Part shown: piece after piece, positions 52,601 through 59,201 of the stretch
Numbering within the stretch: position 1 is the first letter of the stretch
Layout of the letters: every line of letters begins with the position of its first letter
Assembly (NCBI GenBank): GCA_965197475.1
Contig: CBDANF010000003.1
Location: forward strand, 3,936,001-4,000,000
Source of the DNA: Candidatus Poribacteria bacterium
GTDB lineage: Bacteria > Poribacteria > WGA-4E > WGA-3G
Direction: 5' to 3'
DNA length: 64,000 nucleotides
Translations under genes and position numbers: made by a program
Notes under the pieces: generated by a model
Databases searched by the model: none
What the model was told of the DNA's origin: nothing
The model's input: only the letters and a program-made list of their open reading frames with translations

Positions 52601-55104
52601 AAGCAACATCTGTTTTCACAATCAGACTACCTGTTCCGACCGTATCGCTTGCTTCACCTGTAGCAGGTGACACTTATGATCATACCTTCAGTCATATCTC
52701 AGGTATGTTTACCGGTGTAGCTCCTGTTGATGTTGACCTTATGGTTGGTCCAGAAGCTATTGATGATGCTAAAGTGTCTGTAGTAGGTAACCAGTTTACT
52801 TATACATCAGATAAGTTTGATGAAGGTACACACGAGGTATCTGTAAAGATCACGGATGCGAATGGTAAAACTGCCGAGACCTCAGCAGAGTTCTCAGTAG
52901 TCTATCCTGTTCCGACCGTATCGCTTGCTTCACCTGTAGCAGGTGACACTTATGATCATACCTTCAGTCATATCTCAGGTATGTTTACCGGTGTAGCTCC
53001 TGTTGATGTTGACCTTATGGTTGGTCCAGAAGCTATTGATGATGCTAAAGTGTCTGTAGTAGGTAACCAGTTTACTTATACATCAGATAAGTTTGATGAA
53101 GGTACACACGAGGTATCTGTAAAGATCACGGATGCGAATGGTAAAACTGCCGAGACCTCAGCAGAATTCTTAGTAGTTTACCCTGAACCGACTGTCACGC
53201 TTCTATCACCTACTGCTGGCCACACTTATGACAACGGTGCTCCGATTGTCAGTGGTGAATTTACTGGCGTTGGTGATGTTACAGTGAAACTTATCGTTGA
53301 TGACAGAGAAGTTGTTCCTAATGATGGCCCAGCAGATAATGGTTTCACCTATACACCTGATGACCCCCCGTTAGGCGATGGTAAACGCACGGTTGAGGTT
53401 GAAGTGACAGATGCTAATGGTAAATCAGCAATGACTTCTGCTGAATTCATTATCAATATACCAGGACCATCAGTTGCTATCCTTTCACCAGCACCAGGCC
53501 AAACTTACGGTGATGGCAAACCGGTTATCAGAGGTGAATTTTCTGGTATGACTGATGTTGAGGTGACAACATTTACTATCAACGGTGAAGATGCTCAGGT
53601 AGAGGTAGTAGAAGATAGCAATCAATTTGTTTATGCCCCTGCTGATGCATTGAGTACTGGTGAATACCATGTATTCGTTGAAGTTACTGATGAAAACGGT
53701 AAAAGAGCGCAGGCAAATGTCGTCTTCAATGTAAAGTTGGATTCAACGCCACCTGTCATTTCAGAAGTGTCTCCATCTGGCGTGGTTAAACTCAATAAGC
53801 AGGATGTCCTTGATGAAAAATTCGGGATAACGCTCGCCGCTGTTATCACTGATGAGCAGTCTGCGATATTGAGTGTGAAGTTCAGCATATATGACTTCGG
53901 TCAAGGCTTCAGTACTAAACAACCAACAAGACCGTATATCTCCGTACCTGCTCAAAATGCTGATAAGAAGGTTGAGCTTACAGATAGCTTTAAACCAGGT
54001 ACACATATCATAAGTCTGGAAGCTACCAGTCTGGGCGGCACAAGAGCATTCAGTTGGCGATTCACACTGGAGGTTGATGAGGCTGCACCGGTAATCTCTG
54101 CAATCACTCCATCTGGCACTATTCATGCTGGACTCCCGAATATTTCGGTGAGTGCTACCGATGAATCAGGTGTAGAAACAATCTCCATCGTCGTTATGGA
54201 TAGTAATGGCGAAGAGGTGAAGGGTGAAACCAAAGATGATGATGAAGATAGAACCAACGATGGTATTACACGTTTAGACTTCCATCCTGAAACACCACTC
54301 TCTGAGGGTACTTACTCGATTGAAGTTCGAGCGATTGATACATTCGGTAATTCTTCAACGGCGAAAGGCAGCTTTTCGGTTGACTTTGATACCGCTGCGC
54401 CTATCATCACATCGTCATCACCGCAGAACGGTGCACGGTTGATGATTAAGCACAATGAAGAATCCGTAAAACCAACCATTTCAATCACTTATGGTGATGC
54501 TGAAACTGGGGTCAATGTTGATTCGATCCGTCTTGTCCTTGAATCACCGATGGTACTGGATTCTGCTACAGGTAAAGCTAAGCCAGTTACGATTAACCTC
54601 ACTGATGAACAGATGTCAGCTACTCAGGTGATTTATACACCTTCTGATGGTTTTAATAAACCGGGGTTGTATACATATACAATAGAGGTATCAGACAATG
54701 CACATCAGCAAGGTAACGTCTCTGATGAGAGTGACGGTGCTCGCGAAGCAAACACTGCTGTATATCAGTTCAGTTTCTTTGTTGAAAAAGAAGAGGGTCC
54801 GATATTGGCGAAGCCGTTTAACTTCCCAAATCCGTTTGTGACAAACACGCGTATTTCCTTCGGACTTAACCGGATGTCCACAGTCACTATTGTTATTTAT
54901 GACAGTACACTCCGCCCAGTGCGGACACTGCGGGATAACGTGGTTATGTCTGCTGGAAATTACACTGGCGAGAATGGAATCGGTTGGGACGGAAAAACCA
55001 GTAGTGGCGAAGACTTAGCTCGCGGCATCTATATCTGCCAGATCATGGTAACAGGTGGTGTTGAGCCGGAATACGTCATACTTAAGCTCGCTCTGACGCG
55101 CTAA
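40663..55104 (+). CDS. Giant (~4800 aa) secreted acidic protein with tandem Ig-like repeats and C-terminal FlgD-Ig / T9SS type-A-like sorting domain
   Basis: GAGGAGG RBS and signal peptide MKKRTLVCFLIF; Pro-rich linker; many ~90-aa beta-rich repeats (PTVxIxSP...DGxYT...VTDANG); C-terminus PFNFPNPF...IVIYD...VRTL...WDGK...GIYICQI. Confidence 0.85.
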   Translation: MKKRTLVCFLIFTLCVFYSSIPDTVFGQDADPTPEELAQQVYDEYSATLTDDTVIQGDVTIRSLVIGVLTSLSDPAVLENPLLDQFGGFEGALDTVLANPSLIGFALPSLSDQDKANYQSLLSMEAIQKMLKDSTVRTLIQNAEAVKVLLAKIEADPPVDPPDPPVVDPAPPTLEITTSPPVAEQSGSFNVVFATTDVNGDPVTVTGSISVDPVDAAKYYSIPSGTLTGSVRVTQAAPTTEMPTIPGATVTLTLTANDGTADSSPATFVLTFAIREKPPDKPVKPVVDPFAPIASPDGELRLGGLSLNRIGGRRFVAQLIEQALPSGLPLEGDALVDPLVDFILAQVPQGILPKKQIKNNLFSQQPLPIFAKEAAQLDHENFGNAITPDYLGELIYLNVPNETKYLTRDSLNVYARYPSADIGGVRFSLTDGRTVEGQKVTKEVLHADTILYTFRLEETLAATNLPAWPALGEGAQLFSSVVLRYAKTLEELKDLPSAENMTAIRQEDGSFVWETRDVRITPGNTFYYFEVVLTEPVTLEILDLQALDEAFSKPGQIAVGTKTHTITGWAMPDPRNIQLRDHGIFEALFTDAIRTEIGKVATSSDVVALGLKAVGGEVVTGKEIQEAIPAQQLRNLQRLLLSSVDALITDLQLTFDPMLASAFTLYDVDLETDSIWVANFDGLAEETYFLEALAYDSEGNPLDQIQEDFTVDTSAPTAGIKVTSGNNVSAYEDGDVFVVTAPEPGAATLSITATPEKLYELGVDKGYLILQMIKLDEHGNPHPEGTWLPLGIESMMLASDIWDEVKGQLEGHPNPDVDYLSTQSVSDILGILNLLTLDAIQNSDQIPLLAGILKSADAFFKTFGIKPTPEQYIELRDLIGAVVDDINLVPLIFDETQVTMTIPIQGENMDLLVGDYGIRAMGIDNLFNVGSYEPPAMRIKIVPPEFDTAEVTAVSIGDFNDDGDPVPDTPHKTGTIYSNTLDDVTLTVHVTERTEHPATAMVQYMDANGDWQDIGGLDLADTQAGSTLPIKWENLTAEVFDDLIMAGDTVRVRAEATNELTEGLTPPDAPVEFEIKLDAGLHPPEVLAIMVDPMSITKTNPDSGAPQGTIVINGYTPELTGPETESVRFEAKRPEDEDWEVIGETTEGLDFTVEADDLENPIGPPDTYHQWSITVDTATLNEGDGDTITKDSPGARQDYIFNEITNRYEVVDGYVVVDDNKYEVRAVAISMDKLEWSSDARTNFSVDNVDDVAPRGLTHVSVTNLKAFSDSDKVFIDRPVEVAEDGSYTVGGLVDRHDAAVDSPVVTFTIKPQAPLGTYELVKLVTPDFPENTVRVEVTPADEEGVFEVAIFDIGTLTDDDELADNDEYVKNGPYMFHALAFDEFGNVQEDLSATDGTLITVNVANTRRPAPGALAITIDPDKDIGPNPDSGGYRGVITFNGYTPNPTSAPTQKIRFEVKRPGEEEWTLVRIDAGQDKRQDAVEVELEPILPGIDIAKTKDMEHPYPVAWPEMYYRWSVDFDTTFLTDTITADSPAARDHTKDENAYMVRAAAIDGVERYVEGVIADLSIDNIDDVAPLGPTHIVINSIDDVNAVDPVFMKDDDGNYTVGGLVDKHDDAVNSPVITLTITPTAERKTYDNVRLISTLEGTLISEPMETVVATETADGSGIFEVTVDIGTLIDNETYLANGPYMFHALVSDENHPFHPEIENVQEDMSDTDGSKITVNVANNRRPAPGVLALTVDPAMVTNPDSEAPQGTITINGYTPDPTSAPMMQVQFEVKRDTDAEWISVGTAEMSEAAVEAELMPIVADIDAAKAKDMVHPYPVTWPEAYHRWSIEVDTTTLEDSINKDNPGARDVSLDDNPYMVRATAVATDGVEHSVEGVTAMFSVDNDDDVAPLGPTNVVATSIDAVNLVFMDNGDGTYTVGGLVDKYDPEVNSPVVTFTITPTAVRKTYASVKLLTTLPEGAIIGDITETAEGSGVFTITVDVGTLMDDDDFVYNNRYIEDSYFENPEELVYNPKGEVFTFQLHALAYDKAMSYDDVTAADAMFLEYGNIQADDYDGDEITVNVENTYRPDPGVMAIGVVNSDGMVNPDSGAPQGELTFNVYTYYLTSPPTEGIRVEVKRPIDDTWERITGTAVDPVPVDVSDVPGIGDLADITGGLVGITEVGTVSGEESEVEIPTRYMKWTFIVDTRELALEDTVTPENTIKLDDTINRGDGDPERDAALDANQYEVRAWSLTPKNKNLDQPEYPQRDGVEASFSLDNKDDVPPLGPTNITDIADVAGSIAANEDGSVTVGGIVDLTVPSPIAIFTIEPTADPITYVGGKTVLVQTAPDGTVTETDGSLEVGSIEIDVGLLANGTYMYHALVVDEFGNVQVQGELDRPSPVITVNIVNFRVSDITDLTVTAVDGESPDRHLLQETIGELQGRFPLKESIALSFNVNSGSLAVEELIGVLIDGQPVTYAAGSDVENAFSLMASELSAVVDGWYTPHGQVTKRNGSVTFPLATINLDNTGPMIAIETPVEGATVNDLPTLLAGFGDGDLGSGVSDGSGVSMKDTAAVLLARLRPEEVVQDAVPVDVDQSMVEQDLDSVVYTRTDRLAGGAYMFTIQVSDILGNIGEQSVSFAVEGINPTVVITAPASGQTLDHSTEEITGFFAGGGDVEITKFTINGEPVDVVESDNEFTYTLPEKDKDADGVLEDGEYTVAVEVTDGSGLTAETSLTFTVELPVPTVAIHSPHAAQVYDNGTPIIAGDFSGAAPIVVTLSIDGEAVEPVVNDNNQFTYTPTEELSNGPHTVVAVVTDDNGRTAETSTDFMIDIPGPTVMIHVPDAGQMYDISRPTIVGEYSGVAAPVSLSLTLEGEVVPVNDKGKEFDYTPVGALDDGEYTLVAKVTDANGKTAEATAIFTIRLPVPTVAIHSPHAAQVYDNGTPIIAGDFSGAAPIAVALSIDGEAVEAVVNDKNNQFTFTPTEELSDGPHTVVAVVTDANGRTAKTSTDFMIDIPGPTVMIHVPDAGQMYDISRPVIQGEYSGVAMPVELSLTLDSEAVPVNDKGKEFDYTPVDALDDGRYTLVATATDANGKTAEATAIFSIRLPVPTVVIHSPHAAQVYDNGKPIIAGDFSGAEPITVTLSIDEILVEPVVNDNNQFTYTPAGALSDGKHQVVAEVMDANGRTAKTTTDFTVDIPGPTVAILTPAAGQEYEHGKPVVRGEFGGETDLEFTLTLEGEVVPATVVDNTFDYTPDPSLDDGEYTLIAKVTDANGKSMDATVIFSVKLPVPTVAILTPAAGQILDHGQPVITGDFSGADPIAVTLSIDGTAVIADVNENNEFTYTPAVALSDGEHMIAVKVTDANGRTAETSAVFTVDIPGPSVALHAVEMYDISMPVITGDFSGVATPVSLSLTLDGETVSATESENTFEFTPADALDDGEYTLVAVATDANGKTAKATSVFTIRLPVPTATITTPAAGQVYDHGMPIITGTFSGADPVKVIVSIDGEVVPAEVSGNDFTYTPTDALSHGGYTVKVVVTDANGNMEEASADFEVDIPGPSVALHAVEMYDISMPVITGDFSGVATPVSLSLTLDGETVSATESENTFEFTPADALDDGEYTLVAVATDANGKTAKATSVFTIRLPVPTATITTPAAGQVYDHGMPIITGTFSGADPVKVIVSIDGEVVPAEVSGNDFTYTPTDALSHGGYTVKVVVTDANGNMEEASADFEVDIPGPSVALHAVEMYDISMPVITGDFSGVATPVSLSLTLDGETVSATENENTFEFTPADALDDGEYTLVAVATDANGKTAKATSVFTIRLLVPTATITTPAAGQVYDHGMPIITGTFSGADPVKVIVSIDGEVVPAEVSGNDFTYTPTDALSHGGYTVKVVVTDANGNMEEASADFEVDIPGPSVALHAVEMYDISMPVITGDFSGVATPVSLSLTLDGETVSATENENTFEFTPADALDDGEYTLVAVATDANGKTAKATSVFTIRLPVPTVSLASPVAGDTYDHTFSHISGMFTGVAPVDVDLMVGPEAIDDAKVSVVGNQFTYTSDKFDEGTHEVSVKITDANGKTAETSAEFSVVYPVPTVSLASPVAGDTYDHTFSHISGMFTGVAPVDVDLMVGPEAIDDAKVSVVGNQFTYTSDKFDEGTHEVSVKITDANGKTAETSAEFLVVYPEPTVTLLSPTAGHTYDNGAPIVSGEFTGVGDVTVKLIVDDREVVPNDGPADNGFTYTPDDPPLGDGKRTVEVEVTDANGKSAMTSAEFIINIPGPSVAILSPAPGQTYGDGKPVIRGEFSGMTDVEVTTFTINGEDAQVEVVEDSNQFVYAPADALSTGEYHVFVEVTDENGKRAQANVVFNVKLDSTPPVISEVSPSGVVKLNKQDVLDEKFGITLAAVITDEQSAILSVKFSIYDFGQGFSTKQPTRPYISVPAQNADKKVELTDSFKPGTHIISLEATSLGGTRAFSWRFTLEVDEAAPVISAITPSGTIHAGLPNISVSATDESGVETISIVVMDSNGEEVKGETKDDDEDRTNDGITRLDFHPETPLSEGTYSIEVRAIDTFGNSSTAKGSFSVDFDTAAPIITSSSPQNGARLMIKHNEESVKPTISITYGDAETGVNVDSIRLVLESPMVLDSATGKAKPVTINLTDEQMSATQVIYTPSDGFNKPGLYTYTIEVSDNAHQQGNVSDESDGAREANTAVYQFSFFVEKEEGPILAKPFNFPNPFVTNTRISFGLNRMSTVTIVIYDSTLRPVRTLRDNVVMSAGNYTGENGIGWDGKTSSGEDLARGIYICQIMVTGGVEPEYVILKLALTR
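50758..52640 (+). repeat. Near-identical 534-bp intragenic tandem repeat, about 3.5 copies
   Basis: Unit starts GATATACCGGGTCCGTCAG at 50758, 51292, 51826 and 52360. Confidence 0.92.
52630..53165 (+). repeat. 276-bp intragenic tandem duplication, about 2 copies
   Basis: CCTGTTCCGACCGTATCGCTTGCT at 52630 and 52906, with matching sequence following. Confidence 0.9.
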
Positions 55105-55122
55105 GTAAACAGTAGTCCACAT

Positions 55123-55153
55123 ATCGGAATTGGGTATTGTTCCCAATTCCGAT
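55123..55153 (+). other. Intercistronic 12-bp stem hairpin without U tract
   Basis: ATCGGAATTGGG-TATTGTT-CCCAATTCCGAT between the giant gene and the PorV-like gene. Confidence 0.65.
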
Positions 55154-55178
55154 GGTGAGGCTACGAAGGAGGATATAA

Positions 55179-56204
55179 ATGTCTATCACAAAGCAAAAAT
55201 TGCTATGCGGTTTAATACCCGTTTTATTTCTTATCCTAGCTGTGTCGCCTGTCTGTTTTGCTGAGGGCGAGGTCAACGCTATGCCTCATTTACGTCTGGG
55301 TGCAGGTGCCCGTTCAATCGGTTTAGGCGGTGCTTTCACAGCAATTGCAGAAGATGCAACAGCCACTGTCTGGAATCCAGCAGGACTCGGTTCAGCGGCA
55401 GACCTAAGTCTCAATTTCTCTACACAGAGACTATCACTTGATAGAAGTCATAATTTCATCGCCATAACAAAAACACTTGGATCTTATGGATCTATCGGGT
55501 TAGCCGCTACAAATTTCGGTGTGTCTGATTATAATATATATGACGCATCAGGTGATTACGGTGGTAAAGCTGATTATAGTTCAAACGCTTATTCCCTCTC
55601 TTACGGTATTACCTTCGGACACTTCAATATCGGTCTAACTGGTCGAATGTTGTCGGACAATTTCGGTGTAGATAGCGTTGAAAACCAGAGTGGTTTCGGT
55701 GGCGTAGATATCGGGTTGATGGGACATGCCTTGCCTATTGATGTCAGCGAAAGAATGATGGGACAAGCACTTCACGTGCATGGCGAAGCACAAGATGGAA
55801 ATGTACACGTTCCCACATTCCATTACGGTATTGTCGCTAAATACCTCGGTGCTTCCCTTGGTGAAGCCACTGTGCCTATGGTCGTTGATGTTGGTGTAGC
55901 TTATGATCTCTATATGGGCAATGTCGTTACATTTGCAGCAGATATTGAGCAAGAGTTCGTCAACCTTGATGAGAGTGCTTTTAGCCTCCGTGGCGGTGTT
56001 GAATATACGATTTTCACTAACAGATCGACCGAATTTGCGCTACGCGCAGGCATGAGGGCATCACGTGATGTCCGTAACCTTTTTGGTGGATTTGGCGTGA
56101 ACATTGCCGGACTACAGCTTGACTACGCTATTCAAGATGGTATGGCAAGTGAAATTAATGGAGCAGGAAGCACACATTTTGTTTCCGTCTCCTATGAATT
56201 TTAG
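55179..56204 (+). CDS. PorV/PorQ-family (FadL-like) outer-membrane beta-barrel
   Basis: Signal peptide, LRLGAGARSIGLGGAFTAIAEDATATVWNPAGL signature, LRAG, LDYA, terminal SVSYEF. Confidence 0.85.
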   Translation: MSITKQKLLCGLIPVLFLILAVSPVCFAEGEVNAMPHLRLGAGARSIGLGGAFTAIAEDATATVWNPAGLGSAADLSLNFSTQRLSLDRSHNFIAITKTLGSYGSIGLAATNFGVSDYNIYDASGDYGGKADYSSNAYSLSYGITFGHFNIGLTGRMLSDNFGVDSVENQSGFGGVDIGLMGHALPIDVSERMMGQALHVHGEAQDGNVHVPTFHYGIVAKYLGASLGEATVPMVVDVGVAYDLYMGNVVTFAADIEQEFVNLDESAFSLRGGVEYTIFTNRSTEFALRAGMRASRDVRNLFGGFGVNIAGLQLDYAIQDGMASEINGAGSTHFVSVSYEF

Positions 56205-56224
56205 CACCTAACAGGAGAATACTG

Positions 56225-57088
56225 ATGAAAATGATAATATCCACGCTAAAATTAGCAATGATTCTCTATATCTGCGCTGCACTCGGTGGTGTATATGTTT
56301 TATCCGCCTCGGCGCGAATCACCCCGAAAGAGGGCAATGATGAGACTACGCTAATCACCATTGAGAAAGGTGATACCCTTTGGGATCTCTGCCAGAAACA
56401 TTTGAAAGACCCTCTCCGATGGAGAGAGCTTAGTAAATATAACGATTTTTCCGACCCTGATTGGATCTATCCTGGCGAAAAATTGCGTATCCCTGTAGCA
56501 ATGATGCCGCCGATAGTTAAAAAAGTTGAGGGTGATGTTGCAAAACTAAAGGCAGAGTTAGAGAAATTACGTGCTGAACTCGAAGAATCTGAAGCAACAC
56601 GGGAAAAATTGATGGGCGAAATTAAGGGTGTGAATGAGAGTGCTGCTACGCTCCAGAAACAAATTAAAGCACTTGAAGACAGTCTAAAATCCCAAGAAAA
56701 ACTGATTGAAACAGTCAAGAAATCTGGTACTGACGCAGCTACCGATGTGAAAAAACTTGTCAGATCTAGCAGAAATGCTATCCAAAAACAATTGGACGAA
56801 CTGAAAGGTCTCCTTGATTCTTCAAATGAGATGCACGCTGCTCTCCAAAAGGATTTAAAAGCAATGCAAGAAAGCATCAAAAGTTTTGAAGGGGACGTGA
56901 AAAATGTTTTGACACAGATTGAAACAAATCAGAAGGGTATCAGTGAACTGAAAATGATGATAGCGGATGCGAAAGGTGTGCATGAAGAGGTTTCCACAGC
57001 CAAACGCGCCCTCGTTTTTATCACAACAGTCGCAGCTGGTATCGGATGGTTTGCTATTAATGCAATCGGTGGACGTAGTGGTGAGTAA
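56225..57088 (+). CDS. LysM domain protein with long coiled coil and C-terminal TM segment
   Basis: IEKGDTLWDL...WREL...N...DPDWIYPGEKLRIP LysM; heptad-rich middle; ALVFITTVAAGIGWFAI TM. Confidence 0.85.
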   Translation: MKMIISTLKLAMILYICAALGGVYVLSASARITPKEGNDETTLITIEKGDTLWDLCQKHLKDPLRWRELSKYNDFSDPDWIYPGEKLRIPVAMMPPIVKKVEGDVAKLKAELEKLRAELEESEATREKLMGEIKGVNESAATLQKQIKALEDSLKSQEKLIETVKKSGTDAATDVKKLVRSSRNAIQKQLDELKGLLDSSNEMHAALQKDLKAMQESIKSFEGDVKNVLTQIETNQKGISELKMMIADAKGVHEEVSTAKRALVFITTVAAGIGWFAINAIGGRSGE

Positions 57089-57110
57089 CTAAATTGACAT
57101 GTTCATTTAT

Positions 57111-57149
57111 GCAGGGCAGGTGTCCATAAAACACCTCCCTGCTTTTTTT
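57111..57149 (+). terminator. Rho-independent terminator
   Basis: GCAGGG(C)AGGTGT...ACACCTCCCTGC followed by a T run. Confidence 0.8.
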
Positions 57150-57165
57150 ATAGCAGACAGGCAAT

Positions 57166-57777
57166 ATGCCATCACTCAATTTTAATTATCAACACCTTCT
57201 GTTTGAAAAGACAATTCAGCTCTACGGGGACAGAACCGGTGGACAAGGAAATTTTGAATTCGCCGGGTTCGCTAAACTCCATGAGATAAAAGTTGTTTTG
57301 TTACATGGGAATGCCCAAAGTCTTGAACAACCTTCCGATTGGAGACGCTTCCTTCGGTTAACCGACCTTGCACAACGCCTTAATAAGCCTATAGTTTTGT
57401 GGAACTTACCTCTTATACGGAGTGCTACAATACAACATCCTGCTTCTTTAGCTTTAGCCACTGCGATTCAGAACACAAAATTGCAATTGCTAAAACTAAC
57501 AGAGCCTATAATTACAGTCTTTGATGAAACTTACGAGTGGAGTGCCGCCATACAAGAGATAGGATGGATGGGTGGGTACGTTATATTGAAACCTGAAAAG
57601 GAAGAGTTTCCAACATTGTCGGGTTTGAAACGACAGAACCTAAAATTTGTTGGTGAACAGACAGATATTCCTAAGCAAATTTTGGAACTATTACACGAAA
57701 TATCGCAGATAAGCAGAGAAGAATTAGTTGCTAATCGATTAAAATCTTTTCACCTTCCCACAGAAAATCAACGTTAG
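57166..57777 (+). CDS. Degenerate AccA-like (carboxyltransferase alpha fold) protein
   Basis: QLYGDR...AGFAKL...VVLL...PSDWRRFLRLTDLAQRLNKPIV...PIITV...EELVANRLKSF parallels AccA, but the catalytic motifs are missing. Confidence 0.55.
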   Translation: MPSLNFNYQHLLFEKTIQLYGDRTGGQGNFEFAGFAKLHEIKVVLLHGNAQSLEQPSDWRRFLRLTDLAQRLNKPIVLWNLPLIRSATIQHPASLALATAIQNTKLQLLKLTEPIITVFDETYEWSAAIQEIGWMGGYVILKPEKEEFPTLSGLKRQNLKFVGEQTDIPKQILELLHEISQISREELVANRLKSFHLPTENQR

Positions 57778-57844
57778 ACTAATTCACCATTCCACTGGAT
57801 AGGTAGTCTTACGTCCTACATCAAGTCCTTAAACAACCTACAAT

Positions 57845-58657
57845 CTAAAACGTTTCCCACAAGAGGTTTATTACAGAGGCAATCACAACGACAACTAATA
57901 CCACTTTAATCCATTTGTCACCCATCTTTACTGCCAAATGGCTGCCAATCCATGCTCCAGTGGCATTTCCAACGGCTAACGTTGGACCTAAAATCCAATT
58001 GACTTGTCCCTTCATAACAAAGATACCGAGTGCGATGATTGTATAAAAAAAAATTATAAACACCTTGAGCGCGTTGGTAATGACCAGATCGCCACCATCA
58101 AGAATCCGCAAGGTTGCTATAACCAGTAAGCCAACACCTGCCTGAATAAACCCTCCATAAATTCCTACAAAAAAGAGAGCAATGGTAGTGATGATTTTAT
58201 ACTGTGTCTCACTCGGGTTTATTTTTTGGTGCAGCCATTCGGTCGGATTAAACAAAGTTAAAAGGAGCATCGTAACCATGACAATAGCAAGAACTGGCTT
58301 GAATACCTCATCAGAAGTTAAAGTTGCGATGTATGCCCCTATACCCGCACCAGCAACTGCTGGGATTGTAAGATTAATAGCGTGCCGGAAATTTGAAATG
58401 CCTTTGCGGTGAAACCCTAAAATTGCACTAAAGTTTTGAAAGAGGATCGCTACCCTATTTGTTCCATTGGCTATGTTTGTCACGTTAGTGCCTGCAGGGA
58501 GGTTCGGCACATCAATAGCAAAAGGTATTATCTTCACTAAGGCAAAGAGTGTTAACATTGAACCGCCGAAAGCAATAGTGTTGACAAAACCTGCAAACAT
58601 CCCTGCGCCTATAAGCAGAATAATGTGCAAAATATCAATTTCCATCAATGTCTCCAT
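57845..58657 (-). CDS. TSUP (TauE/SafE) family membrane protein
   Basis: AGFVNTIAFGGS, ANGTNR, GIYGGFIQAGVG, NALK. Confidence 0.9.
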   Translation of the reverse strand: METLMEIDILHIILLIGAGMFAGFVNTIAFGGSMLTLFALVKIIPFAIDVPNLPAGTNVTNIANGTNRVAILFQNFSAILGFHRKGISNFRHAINLTIPAVAGAGIGAYIATLTSDEVFKPVLAIVMVTMLLLTLFNPTEWLHQKINPSETQYKIITTIALFFVGIYGGFIQAGVGLLVIATLRILDGGDLVITNALKVFIIFFYTIIALGIFVMKGQVNWILGPTLAVGNATGAWIGSHLAVKMGDKWIKVVLVVVVIASVINLLWETF

Positions 58658-58931
58658 CTCTTTGTGGTGTTTTGCGTGAAACCTGCTGCTGATATTTGGC
58701 TATTCCAATCAATAAAAAAGCAACGAGGTTACCTAAGACAATTGCACTGATGAACCCTGTGATCGCTAAAAACCCTAAGGTCTGAAAAATGCCATCCCCA
58801 AATGGACATTGCCACTCATGGGTCAGCATCCCTATGCCAGGAATTACCGTTCCAAGTACAAATCCTATGCAGCCAGCGACACCAGCGATATTTTGATACC
58901 TTTTGAATCCTGATAGTTGAACTTCAGACAT
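58635..58931 (-). CDS. Hypothetical two-TM protein
   Basis: Two hydrophobic segments; AAGGA RBS. Confidence 0.6.
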   Translation of the reverse strand: MSEVQLSGFKRYQNIAGVAGCIGFVLGTVIPGIGMLTHEWQCPFGDGIFQTLGFLAITGFISAIVLGNLVAFLLIGIAKYQQQVSRKTPQRDGDIDGN

Positions 58932-59106
58932 GTGTATCCTTTCTAAATGCTATTCGCGTAGTCAAACTGTGCAGCGCACCAAAAGTCTTCTACAGAATTG
59001 ATGCAAATTAATGTATTAAAAACTTCCGACCAATAGATACTTTACAAAAGAAGATTACCATTCCTGACACAATAAGTCAATTCATTTTCTGTTATGCAAA
59101 TAAAAT

Positions 59107-59138
59107 TGGTGGTGCGTGTCTGTAAACACACACCACCA
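59107..59138. terminator. Probable terminator hairpin downstream of the MetE-like gene
   Basis: TGGTGGTGCGTGT...ACACACACCACCA. Confidence 0.5.
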
Positions 59139-59201
59139 AAACACTTGTTTAAAAAGCACTCTTATTACTTAGAAATTGTGTTCTCTTATTCCAATTTCTT
59201 A

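Noticed and set aside
50655-52673. Repeated minus-strand ORFs (MAVGTGSLIV...)
   Set aside because: Antisense shadows of the 534-bp coding repeat.
48840-53170. Diversity-generating retroelement template/variable repeats
   Set aside because: The repeats are in-frame tandem domains, differences are not adenine-specific, and no reverse transcriptase is present.
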